Virus record (IMG/VR): IMGVR_UViG_3300034053_000029
Span: 96,001-160,000 of that record
DNA length: 64,000 bases
Origin: a virus
Lineage: Duplodnaviria; Caudoviricetes
Reading direction: 5' to 3' (one strand)
Shown: positions 36,851 to 46,147 of the stretch, one piece after another
Numbering within the stretch: position 1 is the first letter of the stretch
How the letters are laid out: every line of letters begins with the position of its first letter
Made by a program: the position numbers and the translations under genes
Notes under the pieces: model-generated
What the model was told of the DNA's origin: nothing
Seen by the model: the letters and a program-made list of their open reading frames with translations, nothing else
Databases searched by the model: none

Positions 36851-37411
36851 TTAGCACCCCGATTTATATGCTTTGATTGTATTTGCGCCACCTGCTGCAA
36901 CGGTAATGGCACCAGAAAACACTAACCTACCGTAAACATATGGTTTGGTTACTGCAACCTCACCCATAGCACCTGCAGTTAGTGATGCAATAGCAGAGCC
37001 AATGTCAATCCAATGAATTCCATCCAATGAACCTTGTAGCTTAACTCCAGTTGATGCTAGTGCTGCTGTTCCATTTGAAACCACATGAACTAATCCATTA
37101 ATGGTATCGACATAACTAAATGTGAATACGTCTGAGTTTCCAGTAAAGCCTGTACCATAATTTTCAACTTCAAGGAATTCAGGAAATTTTACATATGGGT
37201 CTGTAGAAGAAAACACTACGGTAGAACCAGTAGTTCCTGCAGCAGTCGTTACGTTGTATTGAATGCCGCTTACTGGATCGGTAAACTTAATCGCATCTGT
37301 TGCAGCTAAAAGATTATGCGCTGCAGATGTTGTGATCGTCCATGTACTTGCACCACTACTAAAAGTCGGAGCAGAGATTGTAAGTTTTCGTTTAATTTGG
37401 GTTAGTTTCAT
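36851..37411 (-). CDS. Beta-rich structural protein at the gp68 position
   Basis: 186 aa, T/A/G/S-rich; between gp67 and gp21. Confidence 0.7.
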   Translation of the reverse strand: MKLTQIKRKLTISAPTFSSGASTWTITTSAAHNLLAATDAIKFTDPVSGIQYNVTTAAGTTGSTVVFSSTDPYVKFPEFLEVENYGTGFTGNSDVFTFSYVDTINGLVHVVSNGTAALASTGVKLQGSLDGIHWIDIGSAIASLTAGAMGEVAVTKPYVYGRLVFSGAITVAAGGANTIKAYKSGC

Positions 37412-37578
37412 GCTAAATCCTTACTTTCCTGTTGATTAAACATAGTGTGCCCGACATCTTGCTTGAAAGAATCTAATCTCTCAGCAACCTTTTGTGAGAA
37501 GATGCGGTTCAACGATTCTGTTGCTGAGTCTTTATCGCCACTAACCAATTGACTTACCATATTTTCGATATCTGACAT
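37408..37578 (-). CDS. gp67: Prohead core protein gp67-like (56 aa)
   Basis: Not in the track. MSDIENMVSQLVSGDKDSATESLNRIFSQKVAERLD; GGAG RBS; follows gp20. Confidence 0.75.
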   Translation of the reverse strand: MSDIENMVSQLVSGDKDSATESLNRIFSQKVAERLDSFKQDVGHTMFNQQESKDLA

Positions 37579-37590
37579 TTTTATCTCCGT

Positions 37591-39252
37591 TTACATTCCA
37601 TATGGGTCTTGTTGTTGACCCTGTTGTGGTTGCCCAAATTGACCTTGAGGCTGACCTCCCATAGCATTTGGATCACCACCCATACCACCCATCATACTTG
37701 GGTCCATACCAGGTGGCATCCCAGGAATTGTTGGTTGTGCTGTTGGATCACCCTTTTCTCCATCAATCTGACTTTCCATTTCTTCAATTTGCTCATCTGT
37801 CATAAACAGAATATTCTTTTGAACCCATTCTTTACTGAAATATTTACCCAAGTACTGATCAGCTTGTTGTAATGACATTAGCCTATTTTGAAGAAGTTCA
37901 AGACTCTTTAATTCGGCAAAGGCATTATCTGATTGGAATTCAAATGTGATATCTTGACGTAGTTCTTCCCACTCAATATCGTTACAAATTCCCTTTAGAA
38001 GTAACTGAGTTTTAAGGGTATCAACAAATAATTTGCTAAACTTACGTCTTTGTTTTTGAATGAATTTTTGGAATTTCAGTTCGTCTCTAGATATCTCGGT
38101 CGATCTACCAAGGGAAAATCCTTCCTCACCTTGAAGTCTTGAAACAGGTATATTCAGAGCTTGATACACCTTCTCTTTGAAGTATGTTGTATCGGTAATT
38201 TGATCTAGATTTTGTGCACCAGGCAACGTGGATATCTCAGTACCTTTTCCACCGTCTCTTCTTGGCAACCAGAAATCTTCTAGCATACTCATGTATTTTT
38301 TGTCATCACGAATCGATCCAGTAGCTGAATCATATACCATCTTATTACGGTACTGGTTCATGATGTCTTTTACATATTGTTCTGCCTTAGCTTTAGGTAA
38401 TGCACCAACATCAATATAGAATATTCTACGTTCTGGTGCACGAGCAATACGGGTTACTACCATTGCATCTTCCATCATGCGTAGCTGATTGATAGGACGA
38501 ATGGCTTTTTGTAGGTTGCTAATGACGGTGTATCCATTGACATCAGTTATGCCAGATGGAACGAAGATGATAGCATCAGAACTTATCTTAACACCAGTTG
38601 TGTTAGATAATTGGCCTGACATTTTTTGCTGTTGATTATTACTTACGAATCCTTGTTCACTATAAACGAAGTACTCGGTAATCTTACCTATAGAATCAAC
38701 GCCAGATGGGGTCTTCACTTTTTCGACTTCTCTGACTTTTCGTATCTTTAATGCGTCAATTGGTCTAAGTTCAACTATACCATCTGATAAGTTTGATTTG
38801 TCAACGATGACTTGGTATACCAATCTTCCATCAATATACCATTGACGAAATATATCTGATGACATATTTCCAAAGTTAAGCATATCTAAAACATGCTTAA
38901 ATTCTTCATTTATTGCTTCTTTCAATTCATCTGAACAAGCAGTATCCTCATTGAATATTAAATCAACTTGATTACTTGAAACGTCGGACTCATGAGGGAT
39001 AGCTTCATTAACAATGTCCTGAATTGCGATATCGATTTCAGGATATTGTGCGATCTGTCTATATGTTTGTATTGCATTAAACTCTGATGATGCGGAACCA
39101 CTTGAATCCAAATACACACCATAATAAAGCGAACCAAGTGAAGGGGCAGTATCTTGTGCCCCTTCATCATTGATTGGTGGTGTTAGTGCGGCTGAGAGAT
39201 CATTTGCTTTTTTTAGCTTGGTGATCTCTAGCCCAAATAGACTAATACTCAT
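37591..39252 (-). CDS. gp20: Portal protein (gp20)
   Basis: FRQWYIDGR, NQLRMMEDA.V..RIARAPERRIFYIDVG, EDFWLPRRDGGKGTEI. Confidence 0.99.
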   Translation of the reverse strand: MSISLFGLEITKLKKANDLSAALTPPINDEGAQDTAPSLGSLYYGVYLDSSGSASSEFNAIQTYRQIAQYPEIDIAIQDIVNEAIPHESDVSSNQVDLIFNEDTACSDELKEAINEEFKHVLDMLNFGNMSSDIFRQWYIDGRLVYQVIVDKSNLSDGIVELRPIDALKIRKVREVEKVKTPSGVDSIGKITEYFVYSEQGFVSNNQQQKMSGQLSNTTGVKISSDAIIFVPSGITDVNGYTVISNLQKAIRPINQLRMMEDAMVVTRIARAPERRIFYIDVGALPKAKAEQYVKDIMNQYRNKMVYDSATGSIRDDKKYMSMLEDFWLPRRDGGKGTEISTLPGAQNLDQITDTTYFKEKVYQALNIPVSRLQGEEGFSLGRSTEISRDELKFQKFIQKQRRKFSKLFVDTLKTQLLLKGICNDIEWEELRQDITFEFQSDNAFAELKSLELLQNRLMSLQQADQYLGKYFSKEWVQKNILFMTDEQIEEMESQIDGEKGDPTAQPTIPGMPPGMDPSMMGGMGGDPNAMGGQPQGQFGQPQQGQQQDPYGM

Positions 39253-39279
39253 AACGAATAAATCCTCAAATTGATCAAA

Positions 39280-39867
39280 TTATATTGTTGCGCCAATACT
39301 TCCGAATGGAGTATTGATACCAACCGAACCACCAACCGAACCAGATGATGTTTCTGTAGTCCAATGGGTGTATACGAATTGAACTGGGAATGACTCAAGT
39401 TGAGTATTTGCGCCGAAGTCCAATTGGATTTCACCAATATTGGTAGGCCAAGCATCATAGATCGTGTAAGTCTTGATGGTAGCATTGTTACGATCAAGTT
39501 GCTTAACGGTAAGTTGTGATGTGTATAGCATTGGGTTTGTAACACCAGTGTTTTCTTTAACATCATTAATCTTACCCATCCAGTTCTCAAATGCATCACG
39601 AATGGAGAAGTCTGTATCGTTATACACGTTGATGCTCCATGGGTTGAATGTTCTCTCACCTGCTAGTGGAACTTCACGACCACGGTAATTTGCCATTGCA
39701 ATACCTAGTTGTGATCCAGGTAATGTAGTACTAAAGCATAAAAATTGTGCTTTGCGAGCAACATCACCAGTTCCTGTTACGATTGCAGGGAAGGAAAGTT
39801 CTACACGGAACTGATTCGGCCTCGCACCCCCACCTGTGAAATTGGCCTTAAAGTCGAGTATTGACAT
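39280..39867 (-). CDS. gp19: Tail tube protein (gp19)
   Basis: GGGARPNQF, YRGREVPLAGERTF..W, AWPTNIGEIQL. Confidence 0.98.
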   Translation of the reverse strand: MSILDFKANFTGGGARPNQFRVELSFPAIVTGTGDVARKAQFLCFSTTLPGSQLGIAMANYRGREVPLAGERTFNPWSINVYNDTDFSIRDAFENWMGKINDVKENTGVTNPMLYTSQLTVKQLDRNNATIKTYTIYDAWPTNIGEIQLDFGANTQLESFPVQFVYTHWTTETSSGSVGGSVGINTPFGSIGATI

Positions 39868-39870
39868 TTA

Positions 39871-40752
39871 TTAAACTCCTTCTTCTAAATTATTGTTATA
39901 TTTATGATTAATCATTGAGTCGATCTCAATTGAACACAGTAATTCACCAAAAGTGATGCTGTTATCCGTCCACTTACTTCTATTACTTATAGCCTTGATT
40001 AATTCTAGATTTTGAATTGATCCAATTAGTAATGGATTTATTTTATTTGAATATCCATATAAGCAAGAAATTTTATGATCAACATGTAGTCCGTTAATTG
40101 ATCTACCTTCAGTAATGAAAGATGAATCTCTACGAATGTATTTTCTTGTATATGAATAAACCAAACGGCGATATTGGTGAAAAGATTTCTTATCATAATC
40201 AAAATCAACTGGCACAATTTTATTTTTATTGAATATTGTCTTTATTCGCTTTTCCTGTACTTCTTCTGAAGACATTGAATTCTTATGCTTTTCTTTTACA
40301 GAATCAACCATCATTGGATTTGATACTCCACGATTTTTGATCATTGACTCTCTCGATTTTTTGTACGCATTTTTTGCATTATCTTTTTGAGCTTGTTTTG
40401 GTGTCGATTGTAGATTGCAAGAATGTCCGAATTTTTCAAAATTTGTTGATTTTGTTTTATTTCTAACATCATCATTATTCGAAGAGCATTGAATACTACA
40501 AAAATCAGCATATTTAGAAAGTGCTGCATGATATTTTGTTGATGATCCACACATTGTACATGTTGGTTTAGATTTTATTCCTAATAATAACGCACGAACT
40601 CTAACCGAAAGTTTTTCTTGCGTATCAAGAAAAGAAGTTGAACTAATAACCAAATCTCTCAGATCATTTGATATTTTTCTTTCAATCCACGGACTGATCT
40701 TATTATTCATATTGATCAGTCCGTTAGATTTTAGTGTATCCAACAAATTCAT
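39871..40752 (-). CDS. HNH homing endonuclease with Zn ribbon
   Basis: CTMC..FCS..C; HVDHKIS...NLELI..ISNRSK. Confidence 0.8.
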   Translation of the reverse strand: MNLLDTLKSNGLINMNNKISPWIERKISNDLRDLVISSTSFLDTQEKLSVRVRALLLGIKSKPTCTMCGSSTKYHAALSKYADFCSIQCSSNNDDVRNKTKSTNFEKFGHSCNLQSTPKQAQKDNAKNAYKKSRESMIKNRGVSNPMMVDSVKEKHKNSMSSEEVQEKRIKTIFNKNKIVPVDFDYDKKSFHQYRRLVYSYTRKYIRRDSSFITEGRSINGLHVDHKISCLYGYSNKINPLLIGSIQNLELIKAISNRSKWTDNSITFGELLCSIEIDSMINHKYNNNLEEGV

Positions 40753-43079
40753 TATCTACCCACTACTGTAGAAAAATCTACTCCAGTCGACGTTGCTACA
40801 AATGTTAACGTAACGAAATTTATTGATCTGGTTGGTTTTATGTAGATGCTTGCTCTAAACTCGTTGCGGTCAATAACATCACCGGTATTATTCGAACTAT
40901 CGCAAACGGTCAAGAATTCAGTAATACCACGACGGCCCTGAATATCTCTCAAGTAAGAATCAACCTTTGTCTTAAAGTCAGAACGGGTAAAGTTGTCGTT
41001 AATTTCGAACAACTTGTACTTTGCCATTTGACCAATTGACTTCTCAAGGATATTAAACAAACGACGAACATTGATGCGATCAAATGCACTTGGCTTACTT
41101 GTCATGGTGCGATCACCATATAGAACTGTGCCACCACCAGAAGGAAGAACCACAACTGGATTAATTCCCTTTGGATAAATTGCATCACGCTCAGATTGAG
41201 TTGGATTCCAAGAAAGTTTTAGAACGTTCTTAACACCACCACGATCAAAACCACCAGGACTAAACCATGCCTCTGAAGTTGTTTCTAGTCTTGCAACAAT
41301 ACCTGCGATATCGCCATTCATAGGAACCCAACGATATTTGTTATTGTATTTGTCGAAGATGTACTTCCAACCAGAATCCATAACTGCATATTGAGCATAT
41401 TGATCGGCAATTGCAAGCTCATTCTGCTTGTATGCAATCATGTCATTAGCATTCTTAAACAAAACGTATTTGTTGATAGACAAGTCGGAATTTTTGTAAT
41501 CGTATGGTGATAAGAATGCCATTGCATCACCACGCTTACTTGCAACATTCTCAACAACGTGCTTAACAACATCAACGCTAAATGCTCCTGTTGGGAAGCA
41601 AGCGACATCATACATATCAACATTTGCTAGTAGATCGTATGCTTCTTTAATTTCTCCATCAGTTACGGTAGAACCGTTTGCACCACCAGTTAATGAAACT
41701 GGAGCGAATGGGCTGAAATTATATAACTGCTTGAATACTTTACCATCTTCAACTATCGTTGTGATAACCGATTTGATATCTTGATCCCATGCTAACTTGT
41801 TGCCATCTGAAGCAATATTGAAATTTGATGTTCCGGTTGCAGGGGTAGATAACCAATAGATTAGATTTGAAGAATTGTTTATTGTTGTCTTGTAATAGTT
41901 ATCCGAATTTGAGGTATTTTTAGCATCTTTGATCTTTGAAAGCCCTTCATATTTCTCTACGATGCGATTTGGAACACCACCAATTAGACCACCGTTATCG
42001 ATAACTAAAACATGAATTTCATCATCGATTGATGGGTTGAACAAGGTTGCCCAAACACCTGCAGTACCGTAACCAGAACCACCGTTATCAACTGAAACTG
42101 CGGTAACAATACCATTCTTGATTCCACCGATTGCAGGAACCGACAATACCAATCCAGAACCAGTTCCACCTGAAGAAGAAATTGTAGGAATACTTTCGTA
42201 TCCAGAACCACCATCAGTGATTGTTACGGAACCAATTTTCCCACCATCAACTGCGACGGTTGCTGTAGCAGTAACACCACCTGCTCCTGTTGGTGCTGAG
42301 ATTGTGATTGATGGTGCCACGGTATATGAGCCGGCATCGTCAATATTGATTTTGGTTATAACACCATTTTTGATTGTTACAGTAGCAGATGCGCCAACTC
42401 CAGAACCATTAAACTCTAGGTAGCATCCACTAGTTGGATAGTTTTCACCACCACTAACAATTGACACACCAGAAACGGCACCACCAGAAGTAGTAACATT
42501 GAACTTTGCACCAGAACCATTGACGATTTTTTCTTGCGCCCATGGTGATGTTTTTGGTGGTTGTGAAAACAGTGAAAGAAGATTTAGGCCATACAAATTA
42601 ACGTTCTGATTTGCATAAGTCTCGAATGATGACCAGTTACCTGAGTCTACAGCAATAACTGATAATGTATTTCCGATATCTCCTGGTAGCTTTGATGCCC
42701 ATGTGCCATATGAACCAGATGCAATTGTGGCATCACCCATCAACTGCTCTTCAAAATCTTCTCTAGTTTTGAATAATGGTGCGCCACCTACTGGTACGGT
42801 TTGAACTGAAGTCTTTGCATCGGTTGCTACGGCACGAACAACGTATGCAGAACCAGAGTACTTTAGGAACTCAGCAGCAGCAAACCACTCAGGGAAATTG
42901 GAATCATTTGGATACCCAAACGTATTAGCCAAATCTGCTTCGGTTGAAATTAAAGTTGGCACACCAATTGGGCCATTTGTGAATCGACCGGCAATACCAC
43001 CTACGGTACTTGAAACGTTTGGTACGATTAAAGTCTTATCTTGTTCCTTGATCTCTATTCCTGGACTAGTGAGAGCCAT
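40752..43079 (-). CDS. gp18: Tail sheath protein (gp18) with repeat insertion
   Basis: SPGIEIKEQD, FLKYS, YGDRT, FDRINVRRLF, IKPTRSINFVTLTF. Confidence 0.98.
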   Translation of the reverse strand: MALTSPGIEIKEQDKTLIVPNVSSTVGGIAGRFTNGPIGVPTLISTEADLANTFGYPNDSNFPEWFAAAEFLKYSGSAYVVRAVATDAKTSVQTVPVGGAPLFKTREDFEEQLMGDATIASGSYGTWASKLPGDIGNTLSVIAVDSGNWSSFETYANQNVNLYGLNLLSLFSQPPKTSPWAQEKIVNGSGAKFNVTTSGGAVSGVSIVSGGENYPTSGCYLEFNGSGVGASATVTIKNGVITKINIDDAGSYTVAPSITISAPTGAGGVTATATVAVDGGKIGSVTITDGGSGYESIPTISSSGGTGSGLVLSVPAIGGIKNGIVTAVSVDNGGSGYGTAGVWATLFNPSIDDEIHVLVIDNGGLIGGVPNRIVEKYEGLSKIKDAKNTSNSDNYYKTTINNSSNLIYWLSTPATGTSNFNIASDGNKLAWDQDIKSVITTIVEDGKVFKQLYNFSPFAPVSLTGGANGSTVTDGEIKEAYDLLANVDMYDVACFPTGAFSVDVVKHVVENVASKRGDAMAFLSPYDYKNSDLSINKYVLFKNANDMIAYKQNELAIADQYAQYAVMDSGWKYIFDKYNNKYRWVPMNGDIAGIVARLETTSEAWFSPGGFDRGGVKNVLKLSWNPTQSERDAIYPKGINPVVVLPSGGGTVLYGDRTMTSKPSAFDRINVRRLFNILEKSIGQMAKYKLFEINDNFTRSDFKTKVDSYLRDIQGRRGITEFLTVCDSSNNTGDVIDRNEFRASIYIKPTRSINFVTLTFVATSTGVDFSTVVGR

Positions 43080-43132
43080 TCTTTACTCCTTCATATTATT
43101 TGTAAATTCGGTACAGTGGTTATCTGTTTGAT

Positions 43133-43157
43133 TATTTATCTAATTCTATTATTCACA
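43133..43157 (-). promoter_or_regulatory. Late promoter GATAAATA with upstream TGTGAA
   Basis: TGTGAA-N12-ATAAATA upstream of gp18. Confidence 0.65.
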
Positions 43158-43985
43158 AGATTTTATTCTGCCAAGAATCCACCCGTTTGGTTGACTTCCT
43201 TCGTCAAAGAACTTTGCAATAATTCCATTATTGTATATTTTCTTATTTTTGGTGTGGTTATTTGGCCTATCTAATTTTCCTTTTATCCAATCTAGATTTG
43301 GATTTTTTGTAAAATATTCACGAACTCCATCATTAAACCATTCTTTACCTTTTGATCCGTTTGGTTTCCCTCTCTTCGCAAGTGATATGTTTATTTTATG
43401 TTCTTCTGAAAATTTTCTTCCGGACAATGCCAAACTATTTTTTCGGTTATGCTCTTCTGATTTTGGTATTCCTCTTGTCGATAGTGATTGCTTCTGTTTA
43501 GATTCTTCGGTTCGTATGTTTCCTTTTGATTTTCTTCCACCAACTTTGTATTTCTCTTCAGTGAGTTTCAATCCTTTATTCCAAGCTGATTTTTTGTTTT
43601 TATGTTTTGTTTGTTTCATCTTACTGATAGATTCTTTTGACTTTGGTACTCCCTTCAAGGGCGACACTTCTGGACACATCCATAATATTTCTTTGTTTTT
43701 GTGTACCTTTTTATTTAATTTGAGTGGGTTGTTCCAATTTTCAAGAATCATGTCCTGTTCAAATAAATATGCGTCCTTGTAGTCAAAAAATTCTGCAAGT
43801 ATGTCAATGTGAAAGTCGTAGAACATTGGTTTCACATATTTAGATGAAGTGAAATACTTAATTCCTAAATCTTCTGAAGAAGGAACAATGTTTGCCCATC
43901 TTGATCCAAAATAGAATTGTCCTGTTTCTTTATGTGTGAGCTTATAAACATAAGGCAATACTTTTGTTGATTCATAAATAATCAT
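43149..43985 (-). CDS. GIY-YIG (Seg-like) homing endonuclease with NUMOD3 repeats
   Basis: PYVYKL...FYFGSR...KYFTSS; AGGAG RBS before ATG 43985. Confidence 0.88.
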   Translation of the reverse strand: MIIYESTKVLPYVYKLTHKETGQFYFGSRWANIVPSSEDLGIKYFTSSKYVKPMFYDFHIDILAEFFDYKDAYLFEQDMILENWNNPLKLNKKVHKNKEILWMCPEVSPLKGVPKSKESISKMKQTKHKNKKSAWNKGLKLTEEKYKVGGRKSKGNIRTEESKQKQSLSTRGIPKSEEHNRKNSLALSGRKFSEEHKINISLAKRGKPNGSKGKEWFNDGVREYFTKNPNLDWIKGKLDRPNNHTKNKKIYNNGIIAKFFDEGSQPNGWILGRIKSCE

Positions 43986-44015
43986 GCTGGTTCTCCTTGT
44001 CAATGTGTTTAGAAC

Positions 44016-44049
44016 TAGAGTGGGTAGAGATTGCAGTCTCGTGACCCAC
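44016..44049 (-). ncRNA. Conserved hairpin leader, copy 2
   Basis: GTGGGT-CAC-GAGA-loop-TCTC-T-ACCCAC-TCTA. Confidence 0.6.
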
Positions 44050-44052
44050 AAT

Positions 44053-44060
44053 TATTTATC
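44053..44060 (-). promoter_or_regulatory. Late promoter GATAAATA
   Basis: Immediately upstream of the hairpin leader; overlaps the gp17 stop. Confidence 0.7.
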
Positions 44061-45696
44061 ATAATAGAAGTTCCATCGCTTCTCTAGAATTTACCATATT
44101 TGGATTTTCTTCATATTCGTCCGATGCGTTGTGTATGATTAATGCTGGTGCTAGTTCGTCTTCTAGTTCTTTTTCTAAATTTGAATAAAGTTTATTTCTC
44201 ATAGAAACGTCATACAAATCCACGAACCAATTTTGAGTTACGCACCAGGCATGCAACCAAAGGCAACATACCATGTCATCATTAAACCCTTCATCTGCTT
44301 CCCACGATCCAGAATCATTTTGAACAAAAGTGCTTAGTTGCTGTATGCAAGTTAGATCATCAACTATTAATTGTTTTTTCTCTGCAATGTCTTTTAAATT
44401 GGCACAACCAATTCTTTTAGTCTTCTTAGTGGTACGAATTCCTGGGTAAGGGTCTGCCCCTTTCTTTCCAAGTTGATCACCAGATTTTGTCCAATATAAT
44501 CCTTCATACTCATATGTATAGTACATTTCTTCAGCAACTTGAGCGCCAACGTCATTAATCTCAATCAAGACATATGCCTCATTATATTGCTTTGCTATTT
44601 GATAACAAAGACCGGCATATTTAAGTGGAGCAATATCATTATTGTTATATGATGCAACTATTCGATGTGGATAATCTGAAATGTCAAATATTAAGAAAGC
44701 AGATGCGTCAAGGTGCCTTCCTCTAGATACATCAACCGTCATGGTATAGCTATGACCAGTTTTTGGGTGTTGATATATCTTCAACCCTTTGTACTGATCT
44801 GTAAATTCTTTAATCGGTTGAATTGGTGAAAGTGATGCCATGGTTGCTGCTGTTAATAACTGACGAGATGATCCTTGAAATTCACAATCCAACTCTTGGG
44901 CAGTTTTCAACTCACCCAATACTGACTTTTGTTCTTCATACCACTCTTGATTTCTTTCTGGATGTTCCCACCACATACTCTTTACTGGTGTGAATCCATT
45001 TATATTATTCTCTGCCTCATTCCATATTTTATGAAAATGGTTAAATCCATTTGGGGTTGATGTGATAATCAACTTCGATTCTTTTGATGCAGATAGGGTA
45101 GGGAATACTGATGTGAAGAATTCTTCTGCTTGAGTATTCTGAACGAATGCAAACTCGTCAAGTAACATCAATTGAACAGATCGACCACGAATCGCATTCT
45201 TTGAAGTTGCGGCACCAAAACACTTTGAACCATTTTCAAATTCTACGGAACCACGATTCCATCGTTTGACGCCTTGTTGCAACCACTTAGGTAAGCATTC
45301 AATGGCAAATCGAATTCGATCCATAATTTCAAATGCTTGGGCTTGCTTGTTTGCTAGAATTGCTGACGTTTTTTCGTCATTAAACAAAAGGAACCATATG
45401 ATATATGCTGCTGCTGTAGTCGTTTTACCTAACTGTCGACTTGCCATACCACAAACCTTACGGTTCTCATGATATGCTCTAACCATTTTCTTCTGGTAAT
45501 CATACAACTTCATCAAGACTGAACCACGATCAGGGTGGATTACTCTGACGTAGTTTTCGATAAAATAAATCGGGTCTTTCATACATCTAGAGATTTCAAT
45601 CATCATCTCTGGTGTGTATGATATTTGGGCGTTACATGGTCTAAGATTTGGGTTGTTCTTAAACTGTATCTCGACTAATTGTTCTAAGTCACTCAT
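44059..45696 (-). CDS. gp17: Terminase large subunit (gp17)
   Basis: SRQLGKTT, LDEFAF, STPNG.NHF, VDVSRG, DDMV. Confidence 0.98.
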   Translation of the reverse strand: MSDLEQLVEIQFKNNPNLRPCNAQISYTPEMMIEISRCMKDPIYFIENYVRVIHPDRGSVLMKLYDYQKKMVRAYHENRKVCGMASRQLGKTTTAAAYIIWFLLFNDEKTSAILANKQAQAFEIMDRIRFAIECLPKWLQQGVKRWNRGSVEFENGSKCFGAATSKNAIRGRSVQLMLLDEFAFVQNTQAEEFFTSVFPTLSASKESKLIITSTPNGFNHFHKIWNEAENNINGFTPVKSMWWEHPERNQEWYEEQKSVLGELKTAQELDCEFQGSSRQLLTAATMASLSPIQPIKEFTDQYKGLKIYQHPKTGHSYTMTVDVSRGRHLDASAFLIFDISDYPHRIVASYNNNDIAPLKYAGLCYQIAKQYNEAYVLIEINDVGAQVAEEMYYTYEYEGLYWTKSGDQLGKKGADPYPGIRTTKKTKRIGCANLKDIAEKKQLIVDDLTCIQQLSTFVQNDSGSWEADEGFNDDMVCCLWLHAWCVTQNWFVDLYDVSMRNKLYSNLEKELEDELAPALIIHNASDEYEENPNMVNSREAMELLL

Positions 45697-46135
45697 GATT
45701 GATAATAGACGGGTCTTTCAACATTTTGGTTATGTCTCTCAATGAACCTGTCATAATAATATTGTTAGTAGTCTGCTGACCAATTGGAACGTTTCCACCA
45801 ACTCCCTTTTTAGCTTGTTTGACCTCAACACGATCCTTTGATTGTTGAACAAGTTGTCTATTTAGCTCAGATGCAGTTTTAAGCATACCTGCTAACGTTT
45901 CAATTGCTCGTGGGGATTCGGATTGAGATGCGATTCTCATAGCTGTATTGACGGCAGCTTTACTTATTTCAATTAATTCGATTTGATTTTTTCTAGTATA
46001 ATCCGCATCAACGTCTTCAGTTTCTCCCTCTTGATCTAGTGGAGAATCTATTGTTTCTGGAAGATTTATTGATGATAGTTGAGGAAGTTGCATATCAACA
46101 GGATCAACATTAAGTGCATCATCTAATTTACCCAT
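45689..46135 (-). CDS. gp16: Terminase small subunit (gp16)
   Basis: DADYTRKN, SESPRAIETLAGMLK, TTNNIIMTGS. Confidence 0.9.
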   Translation of the reverse strand: MGKLDDALNVDPVDMQLPQLSSINLPETIDSPLDQEGETEDVDADYTRKNQIELIEISKAAVNTAMRIASQSESPRAIETLAGMLKTASELNRQLVQQSKDRVEVKQAKKGVGGNVPIGQQTTNNIIMTGSLRDITKMLKDPSIINHE

Positions 46136-46147
46136 TTTAAATTTTAC

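Noticed and set aside
35550-44051. Endonucleases inside group I introns splitting head or tail genes
   Set aside because: gp17, gp18, gp19, gp21 and gp22 are each complete ORFs with their own starts and stops, so the endonucleases are intergenic
6889-45696. Inteins in gp41, gp43, UvsW, gp46 or gp17
   Set aside because: Lengths are normal and no C/S...HN-C/S/T splice motifs or LAGLIDADG blocks are visible
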